Source: Synechococcus sp.
GTDB lineage: Bacteria; Cyanobacteriota; Cyanobacteriia; PCC-6307; Cyanobiaceae
Length of the DNA stretch: 64,000 bases
Direction: 5' to 3'
Assembly (NCBI GenBank): GCA_047284725.1
Contig: JBJBEO010000001.1
Coordinates: 888,203-952,202 of the forward strand
Shown here: piece by piece, positions 58,222 through 64,000 of the stretch
Numbering within the stretch: position 1 is the first letter of the stretch
How the letters are laid out: each line of letters starts with the position of its first letter
Translations under genes and position numbers: made by a program
Notes under the pieces: model-generated
Databases searched by the model: none
What the model was told of the DNA's origin: nothing
What the model saw: the letters and a program-made list of their open reading frames with translations, nothing else

Positions 58222-58908
58222 CTAGTTCAACATCAGGCCGCTGACTCCCTGCCAGCCGAGATAGCCGCCAAGGCCCAGGCTCACAGCGCTCACCACCAGT
58301 TCTCCACGTGTAAAGAGAAGCTCTTTGCCTTTCTCTAAAACCGGCAGCACTTTGTTGCGGCCAATCACCACCGCCAGCAACGGCACCATCAGCAGCAGGC
58401 TGGCTCCGGCAGTGAAGGTCACCAACCCCACCAGTTCCTGCCAGCGCGGTAGCTGGGCCGCCAGCACGATGCCAGCCGATTTGGCGAACAGCAGCAGATC
58501 GTCAGGGCTGGCCACTTCGGTGAGGGCGCCGAGGCCGACCAACAGCGGCAGCGGCATGGCCACGAAGCGATCGATGCTGCGCGTCCAGCCGGGAGGGTGG
58601 TTGCCATCGGTCAAGGCCCTCAGCAGTTCCTTCACGCCGATCGCGATCAAGGCTCCGCCAGCGACAAGATCCAGGCCCGTGCGATGGTCGGAGCCCTGGG
58701 TCATGTCAAGCACCAAGGTGTGCCCCACAGTGAGCAGCAGGCTGACCGTGGCCAGGGTGGTGATCACCCAGCCGGTCACAAACCAACCGCCGCGTTGCAG
58801 GGGATTGGGGCCCAACAGCAGCAGCAGCAACACTGCCAGATGAATCGGGGAGAGGCTGATGCCAGTGCCGTAGGCCAGCAGCTCAGCCCAGAGAGTGGTG
58901 TCGCTCAT
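58222..58908 (-). CDS. GAP family (Sap-like) membrane protein
   Basis: GISLSP..LAVLLLLL..P......F..GW pattern with about six TM helices; ATG at 58908. Confidence 0.7.
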   Translation of the reverse strand: MSDTTLWAELLAYGTGISLSPIHLAVLLLLLLGPNPLQRGGWFVTGWVITTLATVSLLLTVGHTLVLDMTQGSDHRTGLDLVAGGALIAIGVKELLRALTDGNHPPGWTRSIDRFVAMPLPLLVGLGALTEVASPDDLLLFAKSAGIVLAAQLPRWQELVGLVTFTAGASLLLMVPLLAVVIGRNKVLPVLEKGKELLFTRGELVVSAVSLGLGGYLGWQGVSGLMLN

Positions 58909-58964
58909 CGCACGGGGGTGGGTGGGGGTCTGAGATGAATGCTGATGATGCCTGGGCTCTGTGT

Positions 58965-59561
58965 TCAGGGCCTGAACCAGGCGCCTGCAGGGGCATTCCA
59001 CCGCTTCACCACCCGGAGATGGTGTTCATGGCCGAGGACGCAGATCGAACCGGTGTCAAGGCGGAACAGCCTTCCCCCGTCCGCGCCGATGCCAAGCCAG
59101 GTGCCTGCGAGGGCTCGCAGCAGGTGGCCATGGGCAAACAACGCCACAGCACCCGCGTTCTGAATCGCCATGGCGTTGTCAATCACCGCGCAGCATCGCT
59201 TCTGCACAGTCGCGGCATCCTCACCCCCCGGGCAGCCGTGGCTCCAGATCGACCAATCCGGAACCGATTGCTGGATCTGAGGCGTGGTGAGACCCTCATA
59301 GTGGCCATAGTTCCATTCCCTCAACTCCTCAAGCAGCACAGCCTGTTGGCCAAGTCCTGCAAGCTCGCAGGTGCGTCGTGCTCGGTTCAGCGGTGAGCAA
59401 AAGACGGCTGCAAACGGCACCTGTTTCAGGACCGGTTGGAGCTCCTGGGCTTCCTGCTCACCCTCCGGGAGCAAGGGCAGATCCGTGCTGCCGGTGTGGC
59501 GTCCGTTGAGAGCCCATGCCGTGGCACCGTGCCGTAGCAACCACAGCTGACGTTCTTGCAC
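58965..59561 (-). CDS. Histidine phosphatase (phosphoglycerate mutase-like)
   Basis: LLRHGAT, SPLNRARRT, EWNYG.YEG, FAHGHLLR. Confidence 0.9.
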   Translation of the reverse strand: MQERQLWLLRHGATAWALNGRHTGSTDLPLLPEGEQEAQELQPVLKQVPFAAVFCSPLNRARRTCELAGLGQQAVLLEELREWNYGHYEGLTTPQIQQSVPDWSIWSHGCPGGEDAATVQKRCCAVIDNAMAIQNAGAVALFAHGHLLRALAGTWLGIGADGGRLFRLDTGSICVLGHEHHLRVVKRWNAPAGAWFRP

Positions 59562-59572
59562 AGATTGCAGCG

Positions 59573-60025
59573 CTAGGTGTGCTTGATTTCAAACCAGTCT
59601 TCGCCTGTGGTCGGTAACTGGCTCAGTCGCACCATGTGAACCTTGCTGCCGACGGGGCCCCGTTCACACCACATCCTCAGTTCGTTCAAAGCGAAGCTGC
59701 TGCCTTCCGCCTGCACTTCCACTTTTCCATCACTGAGGTTTTTCACCCAGCCACAAAGACCCAGTTCGGTGGCCCGTTGCAGGCAGGCGTTGCGGAACCC
59801 GACACCCTGCACATCTCCGATCACCATCAGTCTCCAGCGCTCGGGGTGCAGCTGCGGTTTGGCTTTCTGTCGGCTGAGGAAGCGGCCCCGGTCCTGATGG
59901 CTGCGGCTTCGACTGCGCCGCGCCATCGGCATGAGATCGTCGAGCATCCTCCCCAGTGGAGGTGGACCCAGCTGGCGTGAAGACTTGGATGACTCCATCC
60001 TTCCCTCCGTCGGGGAATGTGCCAC
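59573..60025 (-). CDS. Acylphosphatase (start uncertain; overlaps cobB 3' end)
   Basis: IGDVQGVGFR, GWVKNLSDGKVEV, GP..S.V..V. Confidence 0.8.
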   Translation of the reverse strand: MAHSPTEGRMESSKSSRQLGPPPLGRMLDDLMPMARRSRSRSHQDRGRFLSRQKAKPQLHPERWRLMVIGDVQGVGFRNACLQRATELGLCGWVKNLSDGKVEVQAEGSSFALNELRMWCERGPVGSKVHMVRLSQLPTTGEDWFEIKHT

Positions 60026-61296
60026 CCTTCAATTTGCCAAAGCGGTTGCAATCTGCCAACTGGTGGGATGTCCCCCGTTCCATCGCTGTCGGTGGGGGCG
60101 TCAGCACTCAGCTCCCATCGGTGGAATTCATGGCCCGTGAGCTGGTCCCCACGGCGGAGCAGCAGGCCATTGTGCTCCGCCTCCAAGCGGCGATAGCCCA
60201 CCTGAAGTTGGCCCTTGCGGGCGTGAAACGGGAGCAGGCCGGCCATCGCATGGGCCTTGCCTTGGGCATCGCTGAGGCTTTGCCCCAGCAGCAACATCCC
60301 CCCGCATTCGGCATAGATCGGTTTGCGGCCGAACCACCGCCGCAAGCTCTCGAGGCTGCGTCCGCACCGGCTGAGGTCTTCAGCATGCAGTTCGGGGAAC
60401 CCCCCCGGCAGAATCAATCCCTGGGCGTCCCGGGGAAGCGGTTCATCCGCCAAGGGTTGCCAGGGAAGGACCGGCAGCATGAGGGCATCAAGCCAGTCCT
60501 GCAGTTCCGGGTAGCGGAAGTGAAAAGCCTGGTCTTGGGCCACCGCGATGGGGATGGCTTGGTTGGTGCTGTGGTCAGCATGCTGCTCGAGCTGGCGTTG
60601 TACAGGGTTGGGGCCCTCGCTTGGGGCCGTGAGCAGCGGTAACAGGGCGTCGAGACGCAGGTGTTCCTCCGCGAGCTGGGCCCATGCATCCAAGCGCTGG
60701 CGCAGGCCGTCAAGTTCATGGGCTGGGGCAAGGCCGAGGTGGCGGCTGGGTAGATCGAGATCCACGTGGCGCGGCAGACAGCCCAGTAGGGGCACTTGGA
60801 TGCCGTCGAGCACCTCCTGCATCAGTTGGCGATGGCGGACCGTACTCACGCGATTGAGCACCACGCCAGCCAGATGCAGCGCGGGGTCATGGAGCTGGAA
60901 GCCCCGCACAACAGCCGCGAGCGACTGGGCCTGCCCCCCTGCGTCCACCACCAGCACAACCGGGAGGTTCAGCAGCTTGGCGATGGCGGCGCTGCTGCCC
61001 TCGCTGCTGGGACCGATGCCGTCGTACAGCCCCATGACCCCCTCCACCAGACAGAGGTCGGCTTGACCACCAAAGCTGTGGAAGCTGTCGTGCACCCAGG
61101 TGGGGCTGCACAGGGGCAGGTCAAGGTTTCGGCAAGGGCGACCGGCCGCTGCACTGAGCAGCTGGGGATCGAGGTAGTCAGGCCCTACCTTGAAAGGCTG
61201 CAGGCTCAGGCCTCGGCGTCGGGCCCAGGCCGTCAGGCTGAGGCTGAGAAGTGTTTTGCCGCTCCCACTGGCTGGAGCCGCGATCAGACAGGCCAT
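59827..61296 (-). CDS. cobB: Cobyrinate a,c-diamide synthase
   Basis: APASGSGKT, FKVGPDYLDP, EGVMGLYDG, SRHLGL, GGFPE, YAECGG, GHEFH. Confidence 0.93.
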   Translation of the reverse strand: MACLIAAPASGSGKTLLSLSLTAWARRRGLSLQPFKVGPDYLDPQLLSAAAGRPCRNLDLPLCSPTWVHDSFHSFGGQADLCLVEGVMGLYDGIGPSSEGSSAAIAKLLNLPVVLVVDAGGQAQSLAAVVRGFQLHDPALHLAGVVLNRVSTVRHRQLMQEVLDGIQVPLLGCLPRHVDLDLPSRHLGLAPAHELDGLRQRLDAWAQLAEEHLRLDALLPLLTAPSEGPNPVQRQLEQHADHSTNQAIPIAVAQDQAFHFRYPELQDWLDALMLPVLPWQPLADEPLPRDAQGLILPGGFPELHAEDLSRCGRSLESLRRWFGRKPIYAECGGMLLLGQSLSDAQGKAHAMAGLLPFHARKGQLQVGYRRLEAEHNGLLLRRGDQLTGHEFHRWELSADAPTDSDGTGDIPPVGRLQPLWQIEGWHIPRRREGWSHPSLHASWVHLHWGGCSTISCRWRGAVEAAAIRTGAASSADRKPNRSCTPSAGD

Positions 61297-61336
61297 GGTC
61301 GGCGGGGGCGTTGAACGTCATCCCGCCATGGGCGGT

Positions 61337-62620
61337 TCAGTGGAGAAGCTTGGCAGCCAGAGGCGCAGCGGCTGCCAACAGGGGATTGGTGGTGTCGTGT
61401 CCTCCCTCCAGAACACGGGCCACGTCGTCTTCGACCGTGGTCTGCGAAAGCGGCACCACTTCCTCGATCAGTTCCATGCTGGCCATCCCACCGGCTTCCA
61501 GACGCATGCAGCCTCCGGATTCGGCACAGAGAATCACGCACGCCGCCGGGCTTGCGTCGGGTTGGCAGATCATCCGCAAGCCCACGATCTGGCCTGGGTG
61601 AATGCTCGGTTGCCCCATCGGGATGGGGGCGACCCGAAGGTTGACGGGGGTGCCATCGTTGCGATGGAAGGTGGCGGTGAGACTGCCGTCACTCTCTTTC
61701 TGGCTGCTGTTCAGTTGCCAGCCGAGCCGATCAGCGATCCAAGCCCCGAGCAGCAGACCCTGCACGGGATGGTCGCTCTCCACGTCGAGATCCAGTTGCA
61801 CCACATGGCTGAGGGCATGACGCCGTTGCGGTGGATCGAACACCATCGCCAGGGTTTCGCGCCAGCCCCGCAGTCGCAACCAGTTGAGATCGTTCACTGA
61901 CTGACCGGCTTCGATGCGGTCCTTGAGCAGGTCGAGGCAGTGGCGAGGATCGCCCAGGGCTGAATCGAGAATTAATCGTCTGTTGCGAATGGCGAGCTGC
62001 TGCAGCAGTTCTGGGGCCTCATCGATGCTGCCGTTCCACCAAACCCAGGAAGGCATGTCATCGGGGAGCAGTGGCTGAAGCAGTCCCAGGCCCTGGGTGA
62101 GGTTGGTCTGGCCGCCCCGCAGCACCACCACATCGCCGCAGGCGGCGCTGGCGCCACCTTCCTCCGGCAGGGGGCAGTAAGCCGCCACCAGGGTTTGAAG
62201 AGGTTGCTCCGTCTGCAGACTCGGTGCCAAGGTGATCAGGCGCCTGGGTCGGAGGGCGCTGATGGCGGCGTCGACATGTTGGCCGCGCAGATCTTCACTC
62301 AGTTGATCACCGCTGAGGTTGCTGAGGGCATCCGCCACTGTGGTCGTGAGCGGGGGTGTGCTCAGGGGTAGATCGCTGTCGATCACCACCTGCCGCGCTT
62401 GGCTGATCACCTCATCCCGTTGGGCTCCGAGGACGGGTCCATGCAGGCGGCCGGTGCGCACGAGCTGCTGCTCCACCCAGGCGGGCTCCCACACCAGCAG
62501 GCAGAAGGTGTGGGCCCCCAGGTTGTTGCCCGATTCTTCAGTCCAGAGTTTGTCCAGATAGCCGGAGACTTCGGCGGGGGGAAGCCCCAGGGGGGTTTGG
62601 AGCGTGAGCTGGGGTGACAT
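61337..62620 (-). CDS. opcA: Glucose-6-phosphate dehydrogenase assembly protein OpcA
   Basis: MSPQLTLQTP, AAYCP, ACGD, WVWW, DLNWLRL..W, GWIADRLGW; directly downstream of zwf. Confidence 0.93.
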   Translation of the reverse strand: MSPQLTLQTPLGLPPAEVSGYLDKLWTEESGNNLGAHTFCLLVWEPAWVEQQLVRTGRLHGPVLGAQRDEVISQARQVVIDSDLPLSTPPLTTTVADALSNLSGDQLSEDLRGQHVDAAISALRPRRLITLAPSLQTEQPLQTLVAAYCPLPEEGGASAACGDVVVLRGGQTNLTQGLGLLQPLLPDDMPSWVWWNGSIDEAPELLQQLAIRNRRLILDSALGDPRHCLDLLKDRIEAGQSVNDLNWLRLRGWRETLAMVFDPPQRRHALSHVVQLDLDVESDHPVQGLLLGAWIADRLGWQLNSSQKESDGSLTATFHRNDGTPVNLRVAPIPMGQPSIHPGQIVGLRMICQPDASPAACVILCAESGGCMRLEAGGMASMELIEEVVPLSQTTVEDDVARVLEGGHDTTNPLLAAAAPLAAKLLH

Positions 62621-62672
62621 GGTGGCCTCAGACGTAAGGACGGCAGAAACAGATCGAAAGGGATTTCACGCG

Positions 62673-64000
62673 TCAGGGGCGGCGCCAGAGCAGGCCGTCA
62701 CGGCCCAGCATGGCGTCGGCAGCGGCCGGTCCCCAGGTGCGTGATTCATAGGGGTGAATCGGCAATCGCCAGGGGCTGTCCTCGATCAGCTCCAGCAGCG
62801 GGGTATAAAGGCGCCACGCAGCCTCCACCTCATCACTGCGGGTGAACAACGTGGGGTCGCCGAGCATGGCGTCCGCCAGCAGGCGCACATAGCCTTCATC
62901 GGAGGGTTCGCCGAAGGATTCGTCGTAGGAGAACTCCATCTCCACCGGTCGGCTGCGCATGCCTGATCCGGGCGATTTCACATCAAAGCGGAATTCCGCC
63001 CCTTCATCGGGCTGGATCCGCAGGATCAGTTGGTTGGCAGTGGGGCTGCCACCAGCGGCATCAAACAGATGCACCGGCGCCTCCCGGAAGGTCAGCACCA
63101 CTTCGCTGAGGCGTTTCGCCAGCCGTTTACCCGTGCGTACATAGAAGGGCACGCCCTGCCAACGCCAGTTGTCGATGAACAGCTTCATCGCCACGTAGGT
63201 CTCGGTGGTGCTGTTGGGATCTACACCCGGTTCTTGCCGGTATCCCTTCAGTGGTGCCGACTGGCTGCCCCCTGGCCCGTACTGGCCACGGATGCAGCAG
63301 TTCCAGGGTTCCTCTTCATCGGCGAGACGGGCCGCCTGCAACACTTTGGCCTTTTCGCTGCGGATCGCTTCAGGGTCAAACCGCCCCGGCGTTTCCATGG
63401 CGGTCATCGCCAGCATCTGGGTGAGGTGGTTCTGCACCATGTCGCGCAGTGCGCCAGAACTCTCGTAGTAACCGGCCCGTTCCTCGACCCCAACGGTTTC
63501 GGCGGCGGTGATCTGAACGCTCGAGATGAAATTGCGGTTCCAGAGCGGCTCGAAGATCGTGTTGGCAAAACGCAGAACCATGATGTTCTGAACCGTTTCC
63601 TTGCCCAGGTAATGGTCGATCCGGAAGATCTGGTTCTCTTTGCCGCAGGACTGCACCACTTTGTTGAGTGCCTGGGCGCTGCTGTAGTCCCGACCGAAGG
63701 GTTTTTCGATCACCACCCGGCTGCGATCTGCGTCCTGCAACAGGCCTGCATCAGCGAGGGCCCGGCATCCGCTTGCGTAAAACTTCGGAGAGACCGAGAG
63801 ATAAAAGGTGCGGTTGCCGCGGGTGGCGCGTTGCCGATCAATGGCGGCCAGTCGCACCCCCAACTGCACGACATCGTCGGGTTTTTGCAGGTCGACAGGC
63901 TCGTAGAACAGTCCTGCTGAGAACTGCTTCCAGGCCTGAGGGTGATCCTTGATCTTATCGACCATGGCCTCGGCCATCTTGCTGCGGAACTCCTCGTCGC
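62673..64000 (-). CDS. zwf: Glucose-6-phosphate 1-dehydrogenase, 5' end outside the window
   Basis: IEKPFG, RIDHYLGKETVQN, RDMVQNH, NWRWQGVPFYVRTGK. Confidence 0.97.
   Translation of the reverse strand, partial: DEEFRSKMAEAMVDKIKDHPQAWKQFSAGLFYEPVDLQKPDDVVQLGVRLAAIDRQRATRGNRTFYLSVSPKFYASGCRALADAGLLQDADRSRVVIEKPFGRDYSSAQALNKVVQSCGKENQIFRIDHYLGKETVQNIMVLRFANTIFEPLWNRNFISSVQITAAETVGVEERAGYYESSGALRDMVQNHLTQMLAMTAMETPGRFDPEAIRSEKAKVLQAARLADEEEPWNCCIRGQYGPGGSQSAPLKGYRQEPGVDPNSTTETYVAMKLFIDNWRWQGVPFYVRTGKRLAKRLSEVVLTFREAPVHLFDAAGGSPTANQLILRIQPDEGAEFRFDVKSPGSGMRSRPVEMEFSYDESFGEPSDEGYVRLLADAMLGDPTLFTRSDEVEAAWRLYTPLLELIEDSPWRLPIHPYESRTWGPAAADAMLGRDGLLWRRP

Overview
Marine picocyanobacterial (Synechococcus-like) chromosome. 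Both ends carry core genes: crtL 3' end, GH57, leuA, sugar ABC permease, RluA, 7TM-HD, folD, crtE, DUF212 and a RecD-like helicase on the left; GAP-family protein, histidine phosphatase, acylphosphatase, cobB, opcA and zwf on the right. Between them lies a ~43.7-kb island (14470-58221) with no integrase, transposase or tRNA. It is dominated by one giant secreted-type gene (56551->20804; 11,915 aa if intact) with a degenerate LEPR-XLL-like N-terminus, Gly/Ala/Ser beta-helix repeats, RTX repeats, Calx-beta-like and LamG-like domains and a C-terminal HExGHxxGxxH domain. A single CAG->TAG change at 53407 interrupts the gene, inside a near-perfect 4230-bp tandem repeat, so repeat recombination could erase the stop. 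The gene is flanked by sapC and a DUF3467 gene. Converging on it is a low-GC five-gene operon: O-methyltransferase, HxsC-like radical SAM enzyme, DUF3467 fused to a PatF/LynF-like prenyltransferase-type domain, a second possible PT-barrel protein and a P-loop kinase. A frameshifted orphan copy of the giant protein's C-terminal domain completes the island. The best candidate for an undescribed system is this DUF3467/SapC-linked modification cassette coupled to a giant surface protein. All family calls come from motif recognition, not database searches.
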